Source: Lama glama (taxonomy: Eukaryota). From it: a DNA stretch of 64,000 nt. Shown piece by piece: positions 11,647 through 24,376 of this stretch; position 1 is the stretch's first letter, and the number at the start of each line of letters is the position of its first letter. Position numbers and translations under genes: made by a program. The stretch spans positions 45,696,001 through 45,760,000 of the forward strand of contig CM052816.1 of NCBI GenBank assembly GCA_028534125.1, written 5' to 3'. A model generated the notes under the pieces. It ran no database searches, had not been told where the DNA came from, and saw only the letters and a program-made list of their open reading frames with translations.

Positions 11647-12229
11647 TTTTTTTTTTTTTTTAGCAGTGACAGACTTCATTGGTTGGGGCAGGGTACCAAC
11701 TGGGATCCCACCCTCTCAAATAAAAAAAATACATAGAAAAGAAGGAATTTAGAAACCTTTGTATAATATCTACATCCTGGGCTCCCAGGGCAAGGGGGTG
11801 ATTGCTGGGTGGAGGCAGGGTCCATGCCGCCTGCATGCCCACATCCACCCTGAACATGAGGGTGGAGGTGAGATGCTCTGGGAGGGGTGAGCGAGCCCCC
11901 AGGATGGCGCAGGTTGCCAGCAAGGGGCATGGCATATAGCCAGGCTTCCGCAGCACTTAGTACCATGGTTCCAGGGTATCTTTTTGCTGGCATCATCAGT
12001 GATGAACTTGTAGTCGTATGTGAGCTCCTCACTATGCAGGATGTAGCACGTAGATGATGATGTGCTTCTGGCCCTCCACTTGGATGACTTGAGAGAAGCA
12101 CTTAGGCTCACACGAGTGGTTGATGAAGTGGGCAGCAATTGCCACGCATCGTGGCTTCCCCCACATACAGTCATCCATTTGGAACATGTAGCACCCAGTG
12201 CCCTTCCCATCTTAGAACTTCTCCTGCTT
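11647..12229 (-). pseudogene. KMT2B: Processed pseudogene fragment of KMT2B (SET C-terminus, post-SET, 3'UTR, poly-A)
   Basis: Minus-strand pieces EKF*DGKGTGCYMFQMDD, FINHSCEPKCFSQVIQVEGQKHIII, ILHSEELTYDYKF match the MLL-family SET end. EKF.DGKG, MDD and CFS.VI.VEGQ are KMT2B-type rather than KMT2A-type. A GC-rich 3'UTR, decayed signal AATGAA and A15 tail (11647-11661) follow. Contains a stop and frameshifts. Confidence 0.9.
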
Positions 12230-13055
12230 ATTGTTCTTTTTTAATGAGAATAGATCAGCTTGATGAAGGTGAGTTGAGAGTGACTACACTTAAGTTAGCT
12301 CTCATCTCAGTCTTAAAATGTCTTTTCTAAAGTAGAAATGAACATAGTGACTTATAATTTGTTCACGTCTTTATGGACTGTTAATTGAGTTTCATGAGGA
12401 CTTGGGTCAGTTACAGTTTGGTGAAAAGCTGCCAGGGAAGAAAAATCTCTGGTTGAGAGCAAAATCGTGACCTGCATAGAAGGCACATACTGTACTAAAT
12501 ATAAATACTGAAATCAGCGTGATCCAGGGAAGTAGGTAGATAGTCCAAAAGATACTTCAATCCCATGGAACTTTAACTGCAGAACAAGCCAGAAAGTTTA
12601 GGGTCATAAAAATGTTGTGTATGTACATATAAAACATATACTTTGATTCCATCAGATATATAAATTGTATATATGATCACGTTTTTAAGACATAATACAA
12701 AATTATTTCCCTGGTTTTTTTCATATACTCAGAATAGGGAAACTTAAATTATTTTGAAATTCTCTTAAAATATTTTTAAAATTGACCTTGTTAAAATGTA
12801 ATCATCCTCATGTTTTGTGATATATGACGTATATGAATAGATTACCTCTTCCTCCCATCCATTGTCTCCGTTACCAAATATGTTCATTGTACTTCAGCAA
12901 CTATGAAACTTGATCCTAAATTTTTAAATAACTAAAACCGTTCTTTAAAAAAAGATAAAGTGTCCTCCTGAGTATAAGATTCATGTAAATCAGTCAAATG
13001 GATCAGCTACCTTCCAAAGTTTTCTTTGCCTTTTTTCCCTCCAGATTTTGACATT

Positions 13056-13310
13056 ATGGCAGGGAGACATCAGAATCGTAGTTTTCCTCTTCCAGGAGTT
13101 CATTCAAGTGGTCCAGTACATGCATTTGGAAACTGTACAGACAATGATATGTTGGAGGAGGATGCTGAAATGTATGAGCTTCGATCCAGAGGAAAAGAGA
13201 AAATCCGAAGAAGTACATCAAGAGATAGACTTGATGACATTATAGTATTAACAAAAGATATACAGGAAGGAGACACTTTAAATGCAATAGCTCTTCAGTA
13301 CTGTTGTACG
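13056..13310 (+). CDS. LYSMD3: LysM domain-containing protein 3, first coding exon (exon 2, 85 aa)
   Basis: Acceptor TTTTTTCCCTCCAG ending 13044, ATG at 13056, [14 protein letters not shown]...[18 protein letters not shown], donor ACG|GTAAGT at 13310/13311, phase 0. Confidence 0.97.
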
Positions 13311-14189
13311 GTAAGTTTTAATTTGATTTTGCATATTGCAGCCCAAAATAATTTGTTCATAGCACCAATTGAGATTAATTGTATTCTTCTATCTTGTATT
13401 CCACCCCCCTCTTTTCCCTCTTTCCACAGAAATCTGTATCATGTTGGTGGATGTTAGTTTTTTAAATTTTTAAGTTGATATTTGAATTTGTGTTTATTTC
13501 TAAATCATGATTCTATTTTCAGTATTGAAAAAGATGTGTTTATCTCTCCTTATGCAAGTTGTAAGAGAATTTCAAAATATATAAGGAAAAGTTTTTTCTT
13601 GCCCCAGTTTCCTAAGGTAACACACTTTGGTGTATTTCTTTCCATACCTTTTTGAGGGGGAAGATATGTATGTGTTTTTGTTTTTTAAATTGGTTTATGC
13701 TATACCTATTACTCTGCAAGTTGCTTTTGCCTTTTTCATTTCTTAATGTGTCATAGCCTTATAGTTCTGACATTATTTTATGGAGCTATATGATGTTCCA
13801 TAGTATGGATGTACCATAATTATTAAGTTGTTCTCTTACTCATGGATAGTCAGGGTTTTCTCCATGTTTTGCATTGTGCAGTGAATATCATCACAACTAT
13901 ATCTTCAAATGATGGTATCTTTATTTCTGTGGAATATATTCTCTAAAGTTGGATTTATAGATGAAAGGTATACTTTTTATTTTACTAGGTATTAAATTCT
14001 GTTTTAAATCCATTTTATATCTGTCATTATGTCCATCTTGCATCCTTAGCATGGAATTTGTTTTCATGTAAACACATTGATATGGCTGCTTTTCAAACTT
14101 TTTGTTCTCATACTCCCAGTAGAATTTTTTCCATTTTTTAAATTTCCCCAGTAGAATTTTGAAACATGTACTGTGTATCTCCTTGCACA

Positions 14190-14191
14190 TT

Positions 14192-14239
<48 letters not shown>

Positions 14240-14354
14240 TTTAACATTTTTATTGAGTTACAATCATTTTACAATGTTGTGTCAAATTCCAGTGCAGAGC
14301 ACAATTTTTCAGTTATACATGAACATGTATATATTCATTGTCACGTTTTTTTCT
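14190..14354 (-). mobile_element. Short LINE-1 3' end with (TAAA)n microsatellite tail
   Basis: (TTTA)n at about 14191-14238 then TTTATTGAGTTACAATCATTTTACAATGTTGTGTCAAATTCCAGTG. TSD TCCTYRCACATTTTA at 14180-14194 and 14355-14369. Confidence 0.8.
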
Positions 14355-15619
14355 TCCTCACACATTTTAAAATGAACTTCTTAAATACTTTCTGACTTGA
14401 AAGTTACAAAGGATTTAATTTCCATAATGTTGTCAGTATTGTTATTTGAAAATAATACTGGTATACTCTTTAAATGTATGCATGGAATCCTAAATACTAC
14501 CAGGATTTGCTACCTGAAATCATTCATTTAAAATATTTATATGAGCTCTTTTTTTAGTAACATGAAATTCTATATCTTTCCTTTTTTCTCCTTGATTAAT
14601 GTTTTCATTCTCCCCCCTAAATCCTTCATAGTGTAAAATGTTTTTATTTTTGAAAACTTTCACTGATTACCTGTCATAGTTCTTTGCTATAGAAACACAT
14701 ATATTTATAAATTTATATATATATTTAAAGTTTCATGTGGCCATGAGGGTAAATGTATTATTTTTTCCTGAATAATAATTGCAGTTATTCACAATTGATC
14801 AAAACAAATCCATTACAAATTTTAATTTAATTTTTAATAAAATATTGAAATATTTCTTGATGAGGTAAGAAAAGCTGGGTTTGGGTTTTTTTTTTGCATG
14901 ACTTGTTCTTGTATGACAATAGCATGTATTGTTAAATCAGAAAATATCTGATTTCACTTTTTAATGCAAATAAAATTGTGAATATGTGTTTTGTAGAGAA
15001 ATAACAATAATGCGAAATACTGAGAAAGCAGCAAAAAAAAGGCTTTATCATTTTAAAAATATGGTAGTGCTATATTCCACTTGTAAATATTCAGCGTCAG
15101 GAATTATTAAAAGTATGCCTGTTGTAAAACAATGATAAGAGGAACAGAAAGTCTAACATTGCAATCCTAAATGCAACCAAGTAAGTTAGCTTGGCATAAC
15201 AGAGAAAATGTAGGGATATTCAGAGAGATAACCTAGGTAGATACTAAACCTTGAAAGCCTAGTTCAGAGAGTGTTGAGTAGTTATTAGTCATACTATACA
15301 ATACCAAACAAAAGAGCGTTTTAAGAGGATAGGATCAGGCTTTGGGGTTTGTCAATGATTATCTTCATTTGCCTTAAGAAAAAACAGTCTCAAAGTAGTA
15401 AAGGGGCAAAGCATTCTTTATCATTACTTTTCAGTCCTCTCTCCCTTTTCCTCCCACATATACATTTCAAAGGAATTGATTTTTTCAGTAAGAACTCTTA
15501 ATTCTTCATTGGAGTTGATCAGTAATATGTAGTTAATCCTGGTCACCACTACTGCTTAAAAGCCCTCTTTATTTGATAACCTTGTTTCTGCAGATTTGAT
15601 TTTCCTACTATTAAAATTT

Positions 15620-15850
15620 AATAATAGCTAATTTGCATAACATACTATGTATCACTATTCTAAATGTTAGTACATTTTGAAACATTAATCTTCACAGTAA
15701 CCCTGTGTGGTTGGTAGGTAGTATTATTACTGTCATTTTACACATGTGAAACTGAACTGCAGAGAGGTTAAATATTTTGCCCCAAATCATACAGCTAGAA
15801 AGTGTCAGAGCCATGCTTCAAACTCAGTTCACACTTTAACCACCATCATA
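15620..15850 (-). mobile_element. MIR SINE nested in an L2 fragment (about 15540-16260)
   Basis: MIR core CATTTTACACATGTGAAACTGAACTGCAGAGAGGTTAAATATTTTGCCCCAAATCATACAGCTAG with L2-like flanks. Confidence 0.7.
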
Positions 15851-17154
15851 TAGTGCTTTCCTGGCCTCTCTTTCTTAATCTCATTTGTGGATTTCTCTTA
15901 CTCAGTATACCCCTCAAATGTTGGCATCCCTCAGGGATCTTTCCTATGTTACCTTTTTCTCCCAGTCTTTTTCTAGTGACTCTGTCTATTCTTAAGACTT
16001 AAATTCCCATTTTTGCTGGTAATCCACAAATCTGTATCTCTGGCTGAGCTGAATTTCACACATACATCTGTAACCGTGTATTGGACATCTTCCACCTGCG
16101 TATTTCAAGCACCTCAAAGTCAACATGTTTGTGAAATCTGTATTTTTCTCCCTCTACAGTGTTCTATGTCTCAGTGAATGACATCGTTCTCCATTGAGTT
16201 GACTAAGCTGAAATCTTAAGTTTTATCCTAGACTCATGTTACCTCTCTGACATCAAACAGGTGATAAATGATGAGGGCTTAGATTAAAGCATTGATGGGA
16301 ATGATGAATGGGACTGATAACTTAAAGGTAGTTGGAGAGCCTGGCATAGTAATTGGTAATCTGAGAAACACTCCCCTGTTCCCCTTCGTCACAATGGCAG
16401 ATGGATAGGATATGCAGACAGGTTAGGGACTATATAAAAAATACAAGGAAAGCTTAAAAAATGACTGATCTTGCAGGTAGTTGAATAAATGCATTTACAC
16501 GGAGAAGTTTGGAGAGAAAGGGCTTCAGAAGGCAAGTGAAGGAGACAAAGTGTCATATTATATCAATTCTAAGGCTTTTTTTTTTTAACATATTTTAATG
16601 TCTTTGAAGTTAGAATGGTGACATGTTCAGTATTTGGTAGTTGGTTTTTTTTTTTTTTACCTTTATGATACATAAAAGAATAGCCCATCTTAGAGTCAAT
16701 GGCATCTTAGTTTTGATGAAATACGGTAGTTTTAGTTGGGTAAGTTGACACTTGCCTGTACGCTAATTGCCAAATTGGAAGAAAGAACAGGTATCTGTAA
16801 TCCTTTCTTCAAAGATTGCAAGCAGCCAAAGTATGATATCTGTACATGATGTACAAAGAGAGCTATCAAAGGATCCTAGAATATACTTCAATAGCTAGTA
16901 TTAGTGTTAATGAATTTATGGGTGATAGTAGAGTGGATTTGGTGATTTCTTAAGACCGGTAGATCGAGTGGTACAGAACTGTTATCCACAGTTAAAATCT
17001 CTCTCAGTGCGATAACTTAATACTAAGTTCAATATAACATAATAATTAAGCTGAATTTTTTTCCTTCCCAAAGTAAATGGAATGAATGAATATTATTACT
17101 TCTATTTTGACCTAGAATTTAGTTGAATGTTGTGGTTTTTCTTTTTTTTTACAG

Positions 17155-17820
17155 GTAGCAGATATCAAGAGGGTTAACAATCTCATCAGTGATCAAGACT
17201 TTTTTGCTCTTAGGTCTGTCAAAATTCCAGTAAAAAAGTTTAGTTCATTGACTGAAACACTTTATCCTCCAAAAGGAAGACAGGCTTCACGTCCTTCATC
17301 TGTTCAGTACCTTGCAGAACAACAGGAAGTTCTGTCAGCTAATGATTCTCTTTCTTCCAGTGAATCAGCTGGTAGCTTTTTAAAAGAAGTAGACCGAGAT
17401 ATAGAACAAATAGTTAAATGTACAGACACCAAAAGAGAGAACCTTAATGAAGTGGTTTCTGCCTTGACAGCACAACAAATACGTTTTGAACCTGATAATA
17501 AAAACATTCAACGTAAGGATCCATATTATGGAGCAGACTGGGGAATAGGGTGGTGGACAGCTGTAGTGATAATGTTGATAGTAGGCATAATAACACCAGT
17601 ATTTTATTTGCTGTATTATGAAATTTTAGCTAAGGTGGATGTTAGTCACCATTCAACAGTGGATTCTTCACATTTGCATTCAGGAGTCACACCTCCATCA
17701 CAGCAGAGAGAAATGGAAAATGGAATTGCTCCAACTAAAGGAATACCCTTTGGCCCACAAGAAGACCATAAACTATATAGTCAAAATTCTCAATTACCTG
17801 CTGCTCAACACAAAACATAG
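17155..17820 (+). CDS. LYSMD3: LYSMD3 last coding exon (exon 3, 221 aa plus stop)
   Basis: Acceptor TTTTTTTTTACAG ending 17154. [25 protein letters not shown] completes the LysM domain. Transmembrane segment [30 protein letters not shown] ends at 17820. Spliced product is 306 aa. Confidence 0.97.
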   Translation, partial: VADIKRVNNLISDQDFFALRSVKIPVKKFSSLTETLYPPKGRQASRPSSVQYLAEQQEVLSANDSLSSSESAGSFLKEVDRDIEQIVKCTDTKRENLNEVVSALTAQQIRFEPDNKNIQRKDPYYGADWGIGWWTAVVIMLIVGIITPVFYLLYYEILAKVDVSHHSTVDSSHLHSGVTPPSQQREMENGIAPTKGIPFGPQEDHKLYSQNSQLPAAQHKT

Positions 17821-20800
17821 CAGTTAGTTCACAGTTACAGTGTTAGTGATCACGTGTGCATCTGGAATGTGGTGTATCGGTTATGTTCAATAACCACTTC
17901 AGAGGCAGCATTTAGGGAGACAGAAGATGCTTTGTTTTTACCTTTTTTTTTTTTTGAGACATTTACAAACGAATTGAGTATAGAATCCCGATAGTTGTTA
18001 GTTGTTGATACTGAAAGCAGTAAATCTATATATAAACGTGTTACATCAATGCTTAAAGCAGAAATGAATTTAAATATGTGTCTAGGAGGTTCTTGGAAAT
18101 GCATCATTTTTCTTATTCAAGCCTGGTTATGTTTAAATTTTATTTTTAAAGTCATTAATTTTGGTTGAGGTCACTAATATTAAATTCATTAGGCAGAATA
18201 ATGATAGCAACAGATGTCAGCAACTGAATAAGATTTACTACTATGAACCATCAAAATATTTAGTTGCAAAAAAGTTGTTTGATTCTAAAATTATTGATAA
18301 TAGCACTTAATACTCCATTTTGAAAGTAAAAAAAAACCACGTTTAGTGTATATTATGAAAACATAAGTAGAACAGAAATAGGAAAGAAACATACAATGTC
18401 TGTAATAGAGGCTGAGACATATTATTACTTTTAAGCCCCCAGAATAATGTGTCACCGTTGGGAAGTTGCCATTTGGTCACTAGAACACTAACTAGGTTAT
18501 GTCAAGACCTAAAAGTAATCTTTGTCTCTTAAAGAATGCTGCCTCTCCTTCTGTTTTTTTTGTGATTAAATTCGCCTCTGATATTTGAAAGCACTTTCAT
18601 TATTCTTTGATGAAAAGTGTTAACATAGATTATCCTTACATACTGTGATAAGTTGTTGCTGTGTTACGTGTGGTAACATGCCTTAATTACATTTAATGCC
18701 TTATATTACTTTATGTAAACTAATATAATTTTTAGAATTAAAGTTAAACATTTCGAATGGTCCGATAGGATTCATAAGATGGGCTGTATAAATTTGTCTC
18801 CATGTTCCCTATGAAGCACAAGTTAATGGGATCAAAACAAGTTTTCATTGTCTGCCTGAGGTCTGTAGCAGAAAAGCAAAGTTAGAGACCTGCATTAGCA
18901 AACAAATTGTTTTATTTATTGAGCCCTTAACCTCTGTTTTTCAGGGAGAAAATACTCAACTTAAACATTTTTTTCCCCTTAACTGGAGATCAAATTGGGG
19001 AAGAGAGGCCAAAGGTGTATGGATTGGTCGCAAGGGCTTGATAGTGCCACTTTTTAAGATCTGCTATGCATCAGACAGAGTCTGGCTAAGTAAACATTTG
19101 CATACTGATTCCATCATCTAATTTTTAAAAATGTGTGTTTTTAAAATGTTATGAAAATGATTCATTAGAAGAAAGCTTTGGTGGAGTCTGAATTGCCTGT
19201 TTTGTGTATAATAAATATGTATCTTAAGATATATAATACCACCTCATTTTCCGGGCATTATTTTCTAACTTTTAATGTTTTAGCTTTTTGATAAGTTATT
19301 TTATATTGCAAACGCCAATCTTGATACAAAGTGGGGTGAATAAATATATATGTTTAGTGAGGCTGAATGTATATTCAGGAACAGTATTTCATAAAATGAC
19401 AGGACAAAGTAGTCAAACGTTAAAGCCCTTGCATGTATTAGAGGACCTTAGACAATTACCAGAAAGTGTTAATATGGAAGTTAGAGCAAATTGATTTTTT
19501 GAGTAAGTCTTTTAGTTTAAAATTTAAAATACTTTTAATGTGCCTTGGGAGTCTTGAAAAGAGAAGTATGATCTTTCTAATTTATGTTCAGTGTTAACTT
19601 GGTCAGTTTACATTGTATTTATTAAGCCTCCTGAAAACCAAGTTTAAAAGAATACAGATTATTTTAGGTAGAATGGGCTACATGTCCTTTGAAGAATTTT
19701 GTTTACATCAAATTGATGAAATTATAGTCAATGATTCCTTTTTGCTAGTGGTACTTTGAAATTGTGGTAGAGAAGTCTGATTTCCAAAATAAATAGCTTT
19801 TTAAAAAGGAGTGAAGTATACTATGTTCTTGTTGATTAAAAACCATTTCTATCTTGCAGAGTGTCTTGTTCCTTGAAGGAAGTATAACATAACCTTATGA
19901 CACAATCGGGCAGTTTCCTTTTTCCATATATTTGAATTATATATTTTTAATAAATTGAATATATTTAAATTATATATAATTCTAAAGAATATAAATAGAA
20001 TTCTATATATAACATATAATACATATAGAATTCTATATGTTATATATATGGAATTCTAGATTCTAATCCTTGACTGTCATTTGTAAAAGAAAAGATTTCC
20101 TAAGCATTTAACAGATAAAAGTATAATTTTAGCTTTTAAAAAGTACTGAGTAATACATCAAAATTTGTAGCAAATGCAGGTTACTTTGTAAAACTTAATA
20201 AAGGAAAAGTGATCATTTTATATTGTGGCTTTTAATTGTGTTGAAACCGTTATTTGAATTTACTTCAATGCTTTACATTAGAAGATATATATATATGTAA
20301 ATATATATATACACACACACACATATATATATGCAGATGTAACAGTAACAGAACTGTGACTCTTTGCATTTGGTTCACTTTAAAAGTTGGGAGTTCCAAG
20401 TGAAGAGAAATTGCTATTTTTTAAAAGGGCAGATTCTTTTTTCTTAAAGTCTGGGTACAAATGGTTAAGGCAGTTTCAAACTAATGGATGCCATTTAAAT
20501 TAAATATTTTTTGACAACCTACTCATAGGAGATTATGGGATTCATGTCTTCAAAAGATCAGTTATAGAGTCTGCTGGCCACATTAAGAATTAGAAGATTG
20601 CCTAATGTTAAATTAACTTCTCCAGAGGACATTTTGGTTTTTAAAGCTTGTCTTTTTCTGGACTCTACTTACTTGTTCAGTGTCCAGAAGAGTTCTTTAA
20701 TTGAACCACTATTTAGTCATTAGTTCTTTTTAAAGGTATCTACTTCTAAAACGATCAACTTGGGATTATGAAGGATGCAGTTAGAGTTTTAAAAATACCA

Positions 20801-21143
20801 AGACGCAAGGATCCAAAGTGTCACAGGGTAAAAGTGGAGTTTTTAGAAGTATTTAAATGGTGCATTATGATAGGAATCATTCTTATTTTGAATTATAACA
20901 ATGTGGCTCAGGAAATCAGTATTTTTCTTCCAAGTATGTGCATATTGCACTGTTAGATTACAGAAATCTGAATGCTTTATTTAATTCTTTTATGTATACA
21001 AATTATATAATCTTTTGTATAATGTATTTTATACAAATGAAACATGGAAATGTAGACCATTATGTTAGCATGTACATCTGTAAAACTGGTTTTTAAAACT
21101 TTCTGCCCCTTATTTTTCGTATTTTAAAGGATCTACAAAATTT

Positions 21144-21149
21144 AATAAA
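21144..21149 (+). terminator. LYSMD3: Probable distal poly-A signal of LYSMD3
   Basis: AATAAA preceded by a cluster of TGTA motifs (about 20990-21085). Several other AATAAA hexamers occur earlier in the UTR, so the choice is inferred. Confidence 0.5.
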
Positions 21150-22013
21150 GTTTCTATTTTATTACTCAATCTAAAATCGAAGCTGGTGAACTTAATTGAA
21201 TAAAGCAAAACCTCTCTTCTTTCTATTTGATATAGAGATATTATGTAAGATAGACCGAATTGCCAAAGATCTACCAATTTGGATTTCCCCCTTGTCATAC
21301 TGAAACAAAATCCACTGGATAATTTATAGTACGTAAGTAAAAGGAAATGAAAACAAATTTCAGATGGCTATTTTTTGGCGGGGAGGGGCGCATCTTGGAT
21401 GTCAGGAAAGAATGCCTCATGAGGCATGGTCCACACCTTAGCAAGTTGTGGATCACTCATATGTCACTATATTTATATTATCACAAAACAAAAAACCTTT
21501 CCATTTTAAGAATATTACTTTTTAAAAATTACCAGTAGCAAAAAGGATTGAGAAAGTTATTTGGAGCTTTTACTTATTTAATGGAGGCATTTCTGGTGTA
21601 ATTCTTTTTTTTCCCACTTTTAAAAGCATCTTGATATTAAAGTTGTATTTATAGTTTTTCTTACAAATAGATTTTACTAACTCCAGATCTTTAGCCAACC
21701 ATATTAAGACAAACGCACTGATACTGTACACTTCAAGGTGGTGGGGGAAGAAGGGTTAACAGTGTCTTCTGAATTTCTTACCATTCTCTAATATCCAAAT
21801 CTCTTAGTTTGTTATCACAACTTTAGTCACTTGGAGTTTTTTTTGTTGATGGTGGTTTGTTCAAGAACATTTGATAACTGGCATTCCTGCTCAATAAACA
21901 GTTATTTTACTAGGTGAAATAAATATTAAATTTGTCTTCTCTATCAAATATAGTTCTGTAAGGTCAAAATAAAACATCTGAACATAAAACAAAATGACAC
22001 GATTTTGTAAGAA

Positions 22014-22019
22014 TTTAAT
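22014..22019 (-). terminator. POLR3G: Probable poly-A signal of POLR3G
   Basis: Minus-strand ATTAAA followed by TTCTTACA and a GU/U-rich stretch GTGTCATTTTGTTTTATGTT. Confidence 0.5.
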
Positions 22020-23029
22020 GTGTAAACAAATACAGAAAAAAATAAGCATTATAGCAACAAAACACTTTTGCATCTTATATAGAAATTTTAAAGACACTTC
22101 AACAAATTTTTTTTATACGTAAGAGGCTTATCTCTGCATTAAAGTTTAACTTCTTATGGAATAACTTCACAGTTTCTGAGATTTTAAGCCAGAAAAACAA
22201 GATTCATGCTGGTTAAAGCAACCTGCAAATATTTCCTGCCTGTTTTCGCAATTGGTCTACTTTAAACTTATAAAAAGATTTTCCAGCTGGGGGAGACAAT
22301 GCACTTAAATGGAGATGGCTGGGGCCTCCCAAGGCAAATCCTTGCCCAAAGGGGATGCCTTACCATCTGCAGGACTAAAATGGTGGAGACAAACCGAAAG
22401 CTAGGAATTTTCCTTGTATCTTTGGTATTTTTGCCCAACTCAAGTGTTATCTGAAGATTTATAATAAAACAAACAGAACTATAGAGATAAGATTTCTATA
22501 AATTAAATTGTATTTGGCTACAGTACTAAAGAGGTGAGAGAACTAAAAAAAACTTATGTTAATTTATCAATCCCAAGTCACTACTACAACTAGAAACTGT
22601 GTGAGGATTCCACTCTGAAGTACAGTAGATTGTTACTTTAAAATGTTTTCATGTTTTCCATTTAGAATCTTTAAGTTTTGATAAGCAACTTTAAATAAGA
22701 AATCACATGTGATCAACAGTACTGAATAATGGCCTTCACACTCATCTTGAATTATCTGAGGAAGTATTAAAATTGAAAGGGATCTTTTTCCTGAGAAAGC
22801 CATGTTACAAAACAGCACAAGGCAATACACATTTTCTCCAGTTTTCCCCAACAGAATACAAGAAAAGAATATCAGATTACAATATATTTTGTGAGGAAAA
22901 CATGTTGGTTTCTCCAAATGATTTGCAATCATTTTCCTAGCTACAATTTTTTAGAGAGAACCAAATTTAAATTTAAAACGATCACTTCTACAAGTTGAGA
23001 GAATGAATACATATGGTAAACTTTGAAAT

Positions 23030-23155
23030 TTAAGCAATTTTTATAGGAAACTGCTTACAAGTGGAGAAACTAAGGCACAGAAAACTTAACCAGGCTCGAG
23101 TTCAAGGTTGAATTTCACAGGAAAGTTAGAAATAGAATCCAGGGCTGATTCTCAG
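23030..23155 (-). mobile_element. MIR fragment in the POLR3G 3'UTR region
   Basis: TTACAAGTGGAGAAACTAAGGCACAGAAAACTTAA...AGAAATAGAATCCAGG MIR core. Confidence 0.5.
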
Positions 23156-24289
23156 GTTAGAGGGTACTGGGTGATATCTTCCCAAGAGGGAAAAATTAAT
23201 TTTTCTTTTGGTAGGTAATACTAATAAATCATTTTTGACATATATATAACATGAATTTCCCTGAAAATCTTTGGCATTTGTGAGTCTTTGGAGGCTGAAG
23301 TTTTTTAGATGTCTTCTCCCACACCCTAAAACAAAAAGGCAGGGAGCTAGTTTTTAGTTGAAACAAAATAGATTAATCTTAATTTCAAAATGACCTGAGA
23401 TTAATTCTGCATTGTTACATAAATCAGTTGGAAAGCTGAGTCCTGTGAAATGTAAGAGGCCACTACACCTCACAGATTTCACGTACATGCATTCTGCAGT
23501 GAGATTTACGAGAGTAGAACCACATTTTTATACAGTACAAAATTAAATAAGATGTCAGTCTAATTTTTGATAAGCCAAGTATTTGAATAATGTAATAAGT
23601 GGGATGATTAATTCATTATATTGTATTAGAGGAAGGTAGTCTCAAATTCAGGAATTTCTAATATTCATCCCAGGTCTTAGTACTGGTTGAGATGTAAGTT
23701 GTGAAATTTATTTAGCTAGGATTGGCGTTTTTCCCTGTGCATATGTTTTCAGTCACTAAACTTTTAATCTCATAAAATACGCACTTGTAAGAGCTCAGGT
23801 AGCTTTATGCAGTCATAATAGCACAGAACATATGTAAAAGTAAAAACATTTTCAAGTTTCTTTGTTTTTAAAGTGCTCCATGTGCAATATTAAACTAACT
23901 TTGAGATTATGGAAATCCATAGTGATGACTAGTAGTAGTTTTAGAAAAGATCAGCAGTTAAATGAGAATAATTTGTTCAAGTATGGATACATAGATTAAA
24001 ATATGCAGAAACTCTCTAGGCACATTCTAATCCAAATAATACAAAAAAAATCCATTTGACTACATAAGAGGGATGAGAGGTGTGGGAAGGAATGTCAGAG
24101 TGTCATACTGACTGGTATGGGAACTATTATGTAAACTCAAAGTGGTTCTGAATATTTTAGTAACAAGTATTTGTCCAACAAAACAGGAATAAAAATAAAA
24201 TACTTACTCCCTATCAGAAATAAAATAGAAAACAAGTCTATCCCAACGTTCAGATGCTGTATCATAAAAATTTTTGAGAAATTTCATAG

Positions 24290-24376
24290 CTAATAGGTTG
24301 CTTCATCCATGTTGTCATCACTGTCGGCACCAAAATCATCTCCATCTTCAAAGTATGAATTAATGTAGTCATTTTC
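24290..24376 (-). CDS. POLR3G: RNA polymerase III subunit G (RPC32-alpha/RPC7), last coding exon
   Basis: Minus-strand ENDYINSYFEDGDDFGADSDDNMDEATY*. Acceptor CATTTCACTTAG with AG at 24377-24378, phase 0. Confidence 0.96.
   Translation of the reverse strand, partial: ENDYINSYFEDGDDFGADSDDNMDEATY

Noticed and set aside
11660..12210. Functional SET-domain ORFs of 146, 141 and 98 aa
   Set aside because: Homology switches frames, there is an in-frame stop, the copy is 5'-truncated and a post-SET cysteine motif is degraded.
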